Positions 1-8,323 of a stretch of DNA of 64,000 nucleotides are shown in pieces. The stretch's first letter is position 1; each line of letters begins with the position of its first letter. The position numbers and the translations under genes were made by a program. The stretch is from the IMG/VR virus record IMGVR_UViG_3300042402_002564, positions 62,001 through 126,000 of that record. One strand, written 5' to 3'. Under the pieces are notes generated by a model. The model saw only the letters and a program-made list of their open reading frames with translations, was not told where the DNA came from and ran no database searches.

Positions 1-2
1 TT

Positions 3-2132
3 GAAGTACCAACAACCATTATGGGTTCTGGGCACAAAGGAACTGGAATAACACCTGGAATTACTCAAGGAACTAGAGTTTGGGGTATTTGGGGTAGCCC
101 TTCCACAAAAACTAATCCTATAATGTTGGGAGTTAAAGTAAATAATGACCAAACAAAATTAGTAAAAACTCAACCAACTAACGCTGCTTTTACTCCTTAC
201 AGTGGATATACTCCTGAAGATACTGTTGCTGGATATGATGTACCTCTAGCAAAAGGATTGCCTTTAGAGGGAATAAATTATCCAAATATATGGAGTATTT
301 CTGATTTAGACATATTAGATGAACCAAAATTTGCTGTTGCTGCACCATCAGACTGTGAAAAAATTCCTTTACGAGGAATTCAAAAAGCAATTCAGGGTTT
401 GATACAGGACATTGAAAAAACTCAACGCCAATTAAAAAGATGGCAAAATGCTGCTCAAGGATGGATTGCTGATAAACAAGCATATATTCAAAAATTAATT
501 GATAAGGCAGCAAAATTTATTGCCAAAGCACTTAAGTGGGTATTTGAAGAAATTAGAAAATTTGTATTAGAACAAATAAATGATAAGACAAAAAAACTTT
601 ATTATCTTGTAAATCCACCAGATAGAGATAAAGTAAAGGCTGCTAAAGACACTGTTGTAGAATTAATTGTTTGTTTGTTTAATAAGTTAATTGCCAACTT
701 AATTAAAATGGTTGGCAGATTCTTATTCAATGCCTTTGATAAGTTTATTACAGTTCCTGAATGTGTTGTTGAGAATTTTATTGGTAATTTGTTGGGAAAT
801 GTGTTGGGTCTTGTTGGGGGACTTGTAGATAAAATACTCGGAACTTTATCATCTATTTTAGGTGCTGTTTTTAGTATTGCTGATGGTATTCTTGGACTTC
901 TTAAAGCAATTCTTGGGTTTTTCTTGTGCGATGAAAAACAAGAATGTCCACAAGCTAAAGAATGGGATATATTTGAAGCAGGAGAACCTGGAGCAATTTT
1001 TGATTTTGATTCTATTATAAGCAAAGCTAAAAGTATTTCTGCTAGTGTAGCTGGATTGTCTAGTATTGATGATTTAAATATCAACTTTTCTAATATGATT
1101 TCTGGTGCAGGATCTGCATTTGACTCTTGTAATACTGGACCAGTATTTTGTGGACCTCCTAGTATTCAAATTTGGGGTGGTGGGGGTTCTGGTGCAGTAG
1201 GAAATGCAATAATAAGTGCTACTGGTGACTTATTGGGTGTTGATATAATTGCTGGTGGATCTGGATATACTGAGGCACCATATGTTAATTTTAAAGATTC
1301 TTGTGGAAAAGGTAAAGGTGGTAGAGGTAGAGTTATAGTTAATGATGATGGCACAGGAAATGGAACTAGTACAGTATCGAATGTAGTTATTTTAGATGAG
1401 GGTTATGGATATCTACCATCACCAAATGGAGATCTTGGTGGTGATGGAAGAACTTGGGCAACAAATAATCAAACAGTTGTTCAGAGAGTAAATGGAAGTT
1501 ATGATGTTCCCTATGATCCAGGTGAAGAAATAACACCAGAACTAAGAGATGGTGATAGAGTAATTAGACCAGAAGATAGAACAATATTAAATACAATTGC
1601 TGTTTTGGGTGGAGGTTCTAATAATCCTATTAATTTTGGACCTACAAATACTGGAATTGCTGGAAGTAGTACTGGTAGTCCAAGTATAGGATTTGCTGGA
1701 ACTGATACTGCATCTAATAATATTGCAACACCACCTATTCCAGGTTCTGGTGTTAATGGTGCAACTGATTTTAAATCTTTCCCAAGAGTTAATGTTGGTT
1801 CTTATCCTGTTATTTTATATCTTTGTGGTATTGACATTGAAAATGCTGGTATAAATTATTCTAGTGAAGATAAAATTGTTATAGAACCAAATACTGGTGG
1901 TGCTGTTGTTGAACCAATTTTTGGACCTTTTGGTGTTTTGACTGGAATTAATATTGTTGATGGTGGAAAAGGATTTACTGAAAGACCAAGTATTTACATT
2001 AATTCTGAAACAGGTTATAATGCAAAATTAAATCCTATATTTTGTGTTAGTAGATTTGGCGATGATACTGAAGGCGAAGTTCCAGAAAATGTTAATGTTA
2101 TTAGAGTAGTAGATTGTGTTGGTAAAGTTTAA
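3..2132 (+). CDS. Baseplate hub gp5-like structural protein (5' truncated by window)
   Basis: The frame is open from the window start. GTRVWGIWG...PIMLG resembles the end of the gp5 OB-fold, followed by a helical region and Gly-rich GGSGY repeats typical of cyanomyovirus baseplate proteins. No lysozyme domain is seen. Confidence 0.6.
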   Translation, partial: EVPTTIMGSGHKGTGITPGITQGTRVWGIWGSPSTKTNPIMLGVKVNNDQTKLVKTQPTNAAFTPYSGYTPEDTVAGYDVPLAKGLPLEGINYPNIWSISDLDILDEPKFAVAAPSDCEKIPLRGIQKAIQGLIQDIEKTQRQLKRWQNAAQGWIADKQAYIQKLIDKAAKFIAKALKWVFEEIRKFVLEQINDKTKKLYYLVNPPDRDKVKAAKDTVVELIVCLFNKLIANLIKMVGRFLFNAFDKFITVPECVVENFIGNLLGNVLGLVGGLVDKILGTLSSILGAVFSIADGILGLLKAILGFFLCDEKQECPQAKEWDIFEAGEPGAIFDFDSIISKAKSISASVAGLSSIDDLNINFSNMISGAGSAFDSCNTGPVFCGPPSIQIWGGGGSGAVGNAIISATGDLLGVDIIAGGSGYTEAPYVNFKDSCGKGKGGRGRVIVNDDGTGNGTSTVSNVVILDEGYGYLPSPNGDLGGDGRTWATNNQTVVQRVNGSYDVPYDPGEEITPELRDGDRVIRPEDRTILNTIAVLGGGSNNPINFGPTNTGIAGSSTGSPSIGFAGTDTASNNIATPPIPGSGVNGATDFKSFPRVNVGSYPVILYLCGIDIENAGINYSSEDKIVIEPNTGGAVVEPIFGPFGVLTGINIVDGGKGFTERPSIYINSETGYNAKLNPIFCVSRFGDDTEGEVPENVNVIRVVDCVGKV

Positions 2133-2716
2133 TGGCAAAGGCTAAAATACATAACCCACTAAGAGTTGGTAATGATTATGGACAAATAAAATTTGGGCAC
2201 ATTAACATTAATAATCATGTTGCTGGTGTAATGATTCGTAATGGTCCCCCAGCACCCGCAGCAGAGCATTACATGCAGTTCATGTCTACTGGGACTATGG
2301 CTGGTGGAACAATTAATAGATGTCCTGGAGTTTATCAAATATGGTGTGGGAATAATCCAGTAACCAATGTATCATTTGTTTTAAATGCTGTTGATGGTGA
2401 CATCATTATTCGTGCTCCAAATGGGCGAATAATGATGGAAGCAAAAAATATTGATATTAGAGCAAATGGTGATAGTAATAAAAGTGGATTTGTAAATATT
2501 GATGCTAATGAAAAAGTAGTCATTCGCTCTAAAAATATTGAAATTAATGCCTCTTCTGTGGCAAAATTTTTCTCCTCTGGATTATGTGAGATAGTTGGCA
2601 AAAATACTTTAAATTTTGCTGGCGGTTTAATTGATTGTGCAGATGGTGCTACATCTGTTAGAAAATCTAAAGGAATATCTAACTTAGAAAATCAAGAAGC
2701 AAGGGACTCGACTTAA
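2132..2716 (+). CDS. Virion/baseplate protein, beta-helix-like (gp5 C-terminal-like)
   Basis: Coupled to the upstream gene (TAATG) and carries repetitive IxIxA/NIxI beta-strand motifs. Confidence 0.45.
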   Translation: MAKAKIHNPLRVGNDYGQIKFGHININNHVAGVMIRNGPPAPAAEHYMQFMSTGTMAGGTINRCPGVYQIWCGNNPVTNVSFVLNAVDGDIIIRAPNGRIMMEAKNIDIRANGDSNKSGFVNIDANEKVVIRSKNIEINASSVAKFFSSGLCEIVGKNTLNFAGGLIDCADGATSVRKSKGISNLENQEARDST

Positions 2717-2717
2717 T

Positions 2718-3497
2718 ATGAAATTACCTGACGTAGAAGTTAAAAAAAGATTATTTGTTGGTGTTGGTGATCCGTCACTTGTACTTGGATTAGGTCCAAC
2801 AGAAATTAGAGGTTCTGCATATGTAGAAGGTCCAGAAGTTGTTGGAGACCCAAAAGTTTTTGGTGCTGGACCAAAAGCTACATTGATGGTTGGTCCAAAT
2901 AAAAACTCAGACTCCCCACCAAATATTATTCCTGGTGCTCTATGTACTGGTAATAATTCACCTTATTCTTTAGGTGTTATTGGAAATGCTGCTATCTTTA
3001 CGCATCTTGATGTAAATGGTAACATCAGTGCTGGTAACAATATTATTGCTCAGGGTGAAGTGATGTCACGTTGCGGTGGGCATATTCTTTCTGCTAAAAA
3101 GAATTTTGACATTCCACACCCAACAAAAGAAGGGTGGAGACTTCGCCATACTTGTCCAGAAGGACCATCTAATGATGTATATTTTCGTGGTAAAACTAAA
3201 AAAAATATTATAGAACTTCCAGAATATTGGTTAAATTTAGTTGATGAAGATTCTATAACTGTTAATTTAACACCGATTGGAATAAATCAAGACCTAGTTG
3301 TTGAGGATATTAAAGACAATAAAATTTATATAAAAAATAACGGATTCCCAATACATTGTTTTTATCATGTTTATGGTGAAAGAAAAGATGGTGAAAAACT
3401 AATTCCTGAATATGAGGGTTCTACCCCTGCTGATTATCCAGGTAATAATGATGAATACTCTGTATCTGGATATCATTATGATATTAAGGAGGATTAA
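2718..3497 (+). CDS. Virion structural protein with C-terminal FDIPHP...EGP...YxRG chaperone-like domain
   Basis: Motif KNFDIPHPTKEGWRLRHTCPEGPSNDVYFRG; paralog of the next gene. Confidence 0.55.
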   Translation: MKLPDVEVKKRLFVGVGDPSLVLGLGPTEIRGSAYVEGPEVVGDPKVFGAGPKATLMVGPNKNSDSPPNIIPGALCTGNNSPYSLGVIGNAAIFTHLDVNGNISAGNNIIAQGEVMSRCGGHILSAKKNFDIPHPTKEGWRLRHTCPEGPSNDVYFRGKTKKNIIELPEYWLNLVDEDSITVNLTPIGINQDLVVEDIKDNKIYIKNNGFPIHCFYHVYGERKDGEKLIPEYEGSTPADYPGNNDEYSVSGYHYDIKED

Positions 3498-3499
3498 AA

Positions 3500-4156
3500 A
3501 TGGCTGAAGAAGGAACTTTTGTATCAAAAAGAGTTGGAAGAAGGAATTGTGGGGATAAAGGTATTAAAGGACCATTCTCTACAAAGTTTGATTATATCTT
3601 AAAGTCCTTAACTGGAGATGATGATTATCCTAAAGAGGCATGTACTCCTTGGATTCATTACAACGTTAAAGTTGGTAATTTAAAAGCAGATCAAATTGTT
3701 CAGGCTGCAGATGTTAAAACTTCTGCAGTGTACTCATTGAATGCAAAGTCTGCTATTTGGGATGCTAAAAAATCTTTTGATATTCAGCACCCAACTAAAC
3801 CAGATCATCGTCTTAGATATATTTGTCTCGAAGGTCCAACAGCAGATGTATATCTGAGGGGTAAACTGATTAATGAGTCATACATTCAACTACCAGATTA
3901 TTGGAAGAATTTTGTTGATATGGACAATTTGGTAATAAATTTAACACCAAATGGGCATTGGCAAGAATTATTTGTTGATAAAATTGAATGGGGAAATAAA
4001 ATCCACATCAAAAATAATGCAGGAACTGCAATTAATTGTGATTATGTTGTATTTGGTGAGCGTATTGATACCACTAAAAATATTTCTGAATACCAAGGCT
4101 TGACACCAGCGGACTATCCAGGAGATAATAGAGAATATAATATCAACGGTAAGTGA
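3500..4156 (+). CDS. Virion structural protein, paralog of 2718..3497
   Basis: KSFDIQHPTKPDHRLRYICLEGPTADVYLRG and a shared C-terminal EYxGxTPADYPGxN. Confidence 0.55.
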   Translation: MAEEGTFVSKRVGRRNCGDKGIKGPFSTKFDYILKSLTGDDDYPKEACTPWIHYNVKVGNLKADQIVQAADVKTSAVYSLNAKSAIWDAKKSFDIQHPTKPDHRLRYICLEGPTADVYLRGKLINESYIQLPDYWKNFVDMDNLVINLTPNGHWQELFVDKIEWGNKIHIKNNAGTAINCDYVVFGERIDTTKNISEYQGLTPADYPGDNREYNINGK

Positions 4157-4830
4157 TGCATAGAGTACATGAAGCATTTCCTCTGATTGTTTATCAGGGA
4201 ATGGTGGAATCTCACGATAAAATTAAAATTTATTTAGAAGAACTTCGTGATTATTGGTTTGATGGATATCAAAATGAAAGTCCAGAGTATTCTGGTAGAA
4301 TTTTTGCACATCAAAATAAAATTTATCGTCCATTTTTTGAAGAACTTCGTACTCATGTAGATAATTATTTTGAATATCTTAATGTAGATTATTCAAAACT
4401 TGATTATCATATCATCAAATCTTGGGTAGGATATCATAAAGATGATGAGACTCCATCAATCAAACCTCATAATCACAATGCATCTGATTTGAGTTTTGTT
4501 TTTTATGTTAAAACTGATGAAACTTCGGATAAATTTTGTGTAGCACAAGAAAAAAATCTTAATGAGTGTGTTGGTGATATGTTCACTGAGGCATTGCAAA
4601 AGAATTTAATCACTGGATATAATCGTTATAATTGTAATGTATACAGTATTACTCCAATAGAGGGAAGTGTAGTAATCTTTCCTAGTAAAATTGGGCATTT
4701 TACTCAAAAATTTACTGAGAGGAAGGGTGAACGTCTTGTGATTCCTGGTGATATTCGTGTTACTTTAAAACCAGAACATCCAGATTATCACCAAGGGTCT
4801 ACTCACCCATCCCAGTGGTTACAACTTTAG
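4153..4830 (+). CDS. 2OG-Fe(II) oxygenase-like protein (TIGR02466-like)
   Basis: SW...PHNH...LSFVFY, EGSVVIFPSKIGH and a distal Arg. Confidence 0.7.
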   Translation: MMHRVHEAFPLIVYQGMVESHDKIKIYLEELRDYWFDGYQNESPEYSGRIFAHQNKIYRPFFEELRTHVDNYFEYLNVDYSKLDYHIIKSWVGYHKDDETPSIKPHNHNASDLSFVFYVKTDETSDKFCVAQEKNLNECVGDMFTEALQKNLITGYNRYNCNVYSITPIEGSVVIFPSKIGHFTQKFTERKGERLVIPGDIRVTLKPEHPDYHQGSTHPSQWLQL

Positions 4831-5539
4831 TGGGTTCATATTTTGTATAAATTTTTTGAACGTTAGACATCCAAGGTTCATCTCTCATTTTCCAATCCAT
4901 ATCATAATCGAGTGTGATATGTGCTGAACCAATATACCTATCGATGTATGATTTGATTAGGGTTTCTCCAATAGAGACATCACCCCAATCATTATCATGC
5001 ATTATTTTTATTTTTGTATATAATTTAAGATACTTCTTCATCCAATAATAATTACCGTGGGCAAAGTAATCAACATAAGAATCTTCTGGATTGCATGGTC
5101 CTGGATGAACCTTCCATACAGGTAAAACTAAATCTTTATCTGATTGAAGATTGAAATTTTTTATTGATAAATCTGCTCTACATTTAATAATAATATCATA
5201 TTCTTTTGGTTCAAAAAGATATAATCCAAGAAAGTTTGTATACCACTGTCTTAGTATTCTATAAGACCATTCTCTTCCATGTGCTTCTAATCCATTTGAT
5301 TTGAATTCAAAATTTGGAAGAGATTCTTTATCTCTAAACAAATAATTTTTTGGTTTATATTTTTCTATTACTTTATTTACATTTACTTGGACTATTTCAG
5401 ACCCCATGTAAAGTTCAGAGTAAGTATATGAACTAATATATACATCTGCCGAATACTTATCAATTATATTTTGTTTTATGTTTTGGAAGTGGTTCTCCCA
5501 ATTCCTCATATATCCAGTTAATAATAGAGCAACTTTCAT
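4799..5539 (-). CDS. Glycosyltransferase-like/polysaccharide-modifying protein
   Basis: MKVALLLTGYMR, YDIIIKCRADL and DYFAHG motifs. This is the only credible minus-strand gene. Confidence 0.5.
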   Translation of the reverse strand: MKVALLLTGYMRNWENHFQNIKQNIIDKYSADVYISSYTYSELYMGSEIVQVNVNKVIEKYKPKNYLFRDKESLPNFEFKSNGLEAHGREWSYRILRQWYTNFLGLYLFEPKEYDIIIKCRADLSIKNFNLQSDKDLVLPVWKVHPGPCNPEDSYVDYFAHGNYYWMKKYLKLYTKIKIMHDNDWGDVSIGETLIKSYIDRYIGSAHITLDYDMDWKMRDEPWMSNVQKIYTKYEPTKVVTTGMGE

Positions 5540-5585
5540 TTCGATTAAAAATGTGATATATATAAATTTATAATGATAATTTAAA

Positions 5586-6362
5586 ATGTCTGAACTTGTA
5601 AATTTATTAACATTAGAAGCATCTCAGTTAGAACAAAATTCTGAAGGACTTCCAGAATATCGTGATAGAGCTGCTGGATTGGCTGCTTCTTATAGATTGC
5701 CATCAAAACAATTTGATGACTTGGCATTAAATCTTTTAACATCTGCAAATGCAGCAAAAGTTACTGCAGTATCTTTAGGTGGTAATACTGGATTAAATAC
5801 TGCATGTTACACTGCAGATACATCTTGGATTACTTCTACATATGGAAGTCTTGTTGCTAGTGTTGGTGTTGCATCTGCAGCGTCTTTAGGTGTTGTTGGA
5901 CTGGGTTCAATATCAATTGCTTATGGTGTAATTAAAGGTGATGTTCTAGAAGCATATACTTATCCAAAAGTGGAGAGTTTGGATGTAAGTGTTGAAAATC
6001 CATTTGTTGGTGAAGGATATGTTACTGTAAATTCTGGTAATTCTGGTATTGGTAAAGATACTAGATATACTATAAATGGTGGATCTGTGATTGGGAATGT
6101 TTTTGCAGTATCCGTGGCAGGAACTTGTGGTGGGTCTACTATTGCGAGTAATGTGTCACCACTAAAAATTCAATACACAAATTCATCTGCTGGAATTTCT
6201 TCTTATAATACTTTAGCAACTAAAGTAAAAAAATATAAGACTGAATATGAATTTCATGTGTGGTCTTATAATAGGAAAATAAAAGAAAATGATGATGATT
6301 CTGCAGATCAAATTGTAGTTGCAGGAATTCTCACCGACCCTGTGTATGGTGGACCATACTAA
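5586..6362 (+). CDS. Probable virion structural protein
   Basis: Gly/Ser/Val-rich 258-aa ORF in the structural region. Confidence 0.45.
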   Translation: MSELVNLLTLEASQLEQNSEGLPEYRDRAAGLAASYRLPSKQFDDLALNLLTSANAAKVTAVSLGGNTGLNTACYTADTSWITSTYGSLVASVGVASAASLGVVGLGSISIAYGVIKGDVLEAYTYPKVESLDVSVENPFVGEGYVTVNSGNSGIGKDTRYTINGGSVIGNVFAVSVAGTCGGSTIASNVSPLKIQYTNSSAGISSYNTLATKVKKYKTEYEFHVWSYNRKIKENDDDSADQIVVAGILTDPVYGGPY

Positions 6363-6397
6363 GGGGGGGTTGACAACCCCCAAAGACCCTGCTATTA
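6362..6397 (+). promoter_or_regulatory. Sigma70-type promoter with -35 inside a GGGGG/CCCCC hairpin
   Basis: TTGACA 6369-6374, 17-nt spacer, TATTAT. Confidence 0.65.
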
Positions 6398-6430
6398 TAT
6401 GGAGGTAAACAACGCAAAACCTTGATAAAT

Positions 6431-6637
6431 ATGATTGATGAAAACATTGATGAATATTTGACTCGTTGCGTTGTTGATACCAGTACACGAACCTTTTTAA
6501 TTTACTCAAATCTGGGTGACGAAAAAGTAATTGAGTGTTCTAATAGTGAAGAGTTCTTAAATGTTCTTTCTTTTGTGAGAGGTGTTCTTGGTGAAGACAT
6601 TCTTGTTTATGCCGATCCTCTTGTAAAGAACAACTAG
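6431..6637 (+). CDS. Hypothetical phage protein
   Basis: ORF immediately upstream of tRNA-Gly. Confidence 0.55.
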   Translation: MIDENIDEYLTRCVVDTSTRTFLIYSNLGDEKVIECSNSEEFLNVLSFVRGVLGEDILVYADPLVKNN

Positions 6638-6638
6638 T

Positions 6639-6709
6639 GCGGGTGTGGTGTAGCGGTAACATACCATCCTTCCAAGTTGTAGTCACGGGTTCGATCCCCG
6701 TCACCCGCT
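6639..6709 (+). tRNA. trnG: tRNA-Gly (TCC)
   Basis: Acceptor GCGGGTG/CACCCGC, anticodon loop CT-TCC-AA, T-arm ACGGG-TTCGATC-CCCGT. Confidence 0.92.
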
Positions 6710-6780
6710 TACCAAAATTTGGATTTAATTCCATTTTTGGTCGAAAAAAATTCCGCCAAAATTTGCTAAAAAACCTTTTT

Positions 6781-6990
6781 ATGAATCCTTATAAAATTTC
6801 TTATAGGAACCTGTGCGAATCTGTAGTTAAAACAACTCCAGAAAATGTTAAAGAAGCAAATGAAGGTTTATTTAACTGTACTATGACATTGCCATCTGCT
6901 GCTAAGCATTGTGGTATGTCTCAAAAAGAAATGAAATTAACTTTTTATGAATATTTAAAGTATAATCCTTCTACTTATAAATTTGATTGA
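6781..6990 (+). CDS. Hypothetical protein, possible small HTH (LPSAAKHCGMSQKEM)
   Basis: Likely true ATG at 6781; the longer ORF overlaps the tRNA. Confidence 0.55.
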   Translation: MNPYKISYRNLCESVVKTTPENVKEANEGLFNCTMTLPSAAKHCGMSQKEMKLTFYEYLKYNPSTYKFD

Positions 6991-7043
6991 GGGGAATATC
7001 TAAAGGGATTGAGCATAACTCTCCGCCCCTCATATATAAATAA

Positions 7044-7325
7044 ATGGTGATTCTTATGAAGTATAGAATCGATACCACATATTGTTGGTATAATAAAGGA
7101 AGTATGATTGTAAAAATGTATTTTATCAATCACATACCATTCACTTTTGATGAACTTCCATCTATCTCTTTAGAAGATCCAGAATTAATCTCTATCGCTG
7201 ACAAAAATAGAAGATACGATCCAGAAGATTTGTATAAAACTTCTTTTTATTTAATTGATGAACAAGCACATCCATGCTTGTTTCCGATAGAACTGGAAAA
7301 TCCAGAAGATCTTCCAGTAGATTAA
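7044..7325 (+). CDS. Hypothetical phage protein
   Basis: ORF preceded by a TATAAATA late promoter. Confidence 0.55.
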   Translation: MVILMKYRIDTTYCWYNKGSMIVKMYFINHIPFTFDELPSISLEDPELISIADKNRRYDPEDLYKTSFYLIDEQAHPCLFPIELENPEDLPVD

Positions 7326-7329
7326 TGTA

Positions 7330-7361
7330 GTAGACCTTATAAATAAAACAACACGGTCTAC
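7330..7361 (+). promoter_or_regulatory. Late promoter TATAAATA inside a translation-blocking hairpin
   Basis: Stem GTAGACC (7330-7336)/GGTCTAC (7355-7361) encloses TATAAATA (7338-7345) and ends just before ATG 7363. Confidence 0.7.
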
Positions 7362-7362
7362 C

Positions 7363-7779
7363 ATGTTAGGAACTTGCTCTTATTGTTCGCAAAAGTTTAA
7401 GTACAAACCATCACAACAAAGTGGTAAGTATTGCTCTAACACTTGTCAGCAAGAGATTCAAAAAAGACAAAGGATTTCTGAGTGGTTATCTGGGGGAAAA
7501 CTTCCAGGTAAAACTACACTAAGAGAATATCTCACAGAAAAACACGGCTATAAATGTTCGTGCTGTGGGATAACTGAATGGAACAATAACCCAATCAGTT
7601 TAGAGGTTGACCATATTGATGGAAACCCCTATAATGATAGTCCTGACAATCTCAGGTTTATCTGTCCTAACTGTCATTCTCAAACACCTACATATAAGGC
7701 AAAGAATAAAGGTAACGGCAGAGTTCATAGACGTGAGAAAGCAAAATTAGATTTTCATAAACAAAAAATATGCTCCTAA
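7363..7779 (+). CDS. HNH (homing) endonuclease with N-terminal zinc finger
   Basis: CSYC...YCSNTC and CSCCG...LEVDHIDGNPYNDSPDNLRFICPNCH. Confidence 0.88.
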   Translation: MLGTCSYCSQKFKYKPSQQSGKYCSNTCQQEIQKRQRISEWLSGGKLPGKTTLREYLTEKHGYKCSCCGITEWNNNPISLEVDHIDGNPYNDSPDNLRFICPNCHSQTPTYKAKNKGNGRVHRREKAKLDFHKQKICS

Positions 7780-7844
7780 AGCATTTAGTGGCGATGTACC
7801 TGACTTGTAATCAGGAGAGGATGGTTCAATTCCGTCTGGGAGCT
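7772..7844 (+). tRNA. trnT: tRNA-Thr (TGT)
   Basis: Acceptor GCTCCTA/TGGGAGC, anticodon arm CCTGA-CTTGTAA-TCAGG, T-arm GATGG-TTCAATT-CCGTC. Confidence 0.9.
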
Positions 7845-7864
7845 TAAGTTTTATAAAACTTCAA

Positions 7865-8020
7865 ATGTCACTAATTTCACAACGAGATCGAGATGTTGCT
7901 ATTGAAGCACTCAATTTTTATATCTTTAGTAAAGGTGTTGATTTTACTGAAGAAAAAAGAATGGAAATCAATGCCCTTATTAATTGGTTGAAGTTGGAGA
8001 AATCTAAGAATGAAAATTAA
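7865..8020 (+). CDS. Small hypothetical protein (51 aa, below track cutoff)
   Basis: MSLISQRDRDVAIEALNFY... read directly from the sequence. Confidence 0.55.
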   Translation: MSLISQRDRDVAIEALNFYIFSKGVDFTEEKRMEINALINWLKLEKSKNEN

Positions 8021-8174
8021 TTTGTGGTATTGTAAAGATATGAATCAGTGGCGTTGGACATTGACTGATGATTATCGTCCCGTTGTCAAACAGGAATCTG
8101 GTCAGCAACCAGAATTAAGAGTTGCCATGAATGATATCGCAACTACTGTAGAATATATGCTTGACAACCATTAA
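8010..8174 (+). CDS. Small hypothetical protein (54 aa)
   Basis: MKINLWYCKDMNQWRWTL... with an upstream GGAG. Confidence 0.6.
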   Translation: MKINLWYCKDMNQWRWTLTDDYRPVVKQESGQQPELRVAMNDIATTVEYMLDNH

Positions 8175-8189
8175 AATTTCTCTTATAAT
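8161..8189 (+). promoter_or_regulatory. Consensus sigma70 promoter
   Basis: TTGACA-17 nt-TATAAT. Confidence 0.8.
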
Positions 8190-8195
8190 TAATAA

Positions 8196-8260
8196 TGCGA
8201 TACTAATTCGCAGTGACCCAAAAAGTGTGACGGTAGAACCCTCCTTGTGAGGGTTTTATT
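8196..8260 (+). ncRNA. Candidate ~60-nt small RNA
   Basis: Lies between the perfect promoter and the AACCCTC/GAGGGTT-T-tract terminator, has a 5' hairpin GCGA/TCGC and contains no ORF. Confidence 0.4.
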
Positions 8261-8323
8261 GTATTTCTATTGCGGATTTTTAAGTGAATAAATAAAACAT
8301 AATAGAAATCTTAGTATAATAAA

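Noticed and set aside
6637-6780. N-terminal extension of ORF 6637..6990
   Set aside because: It overlaps tRNA-Gly; the ATG at 6781 is the plausible start.
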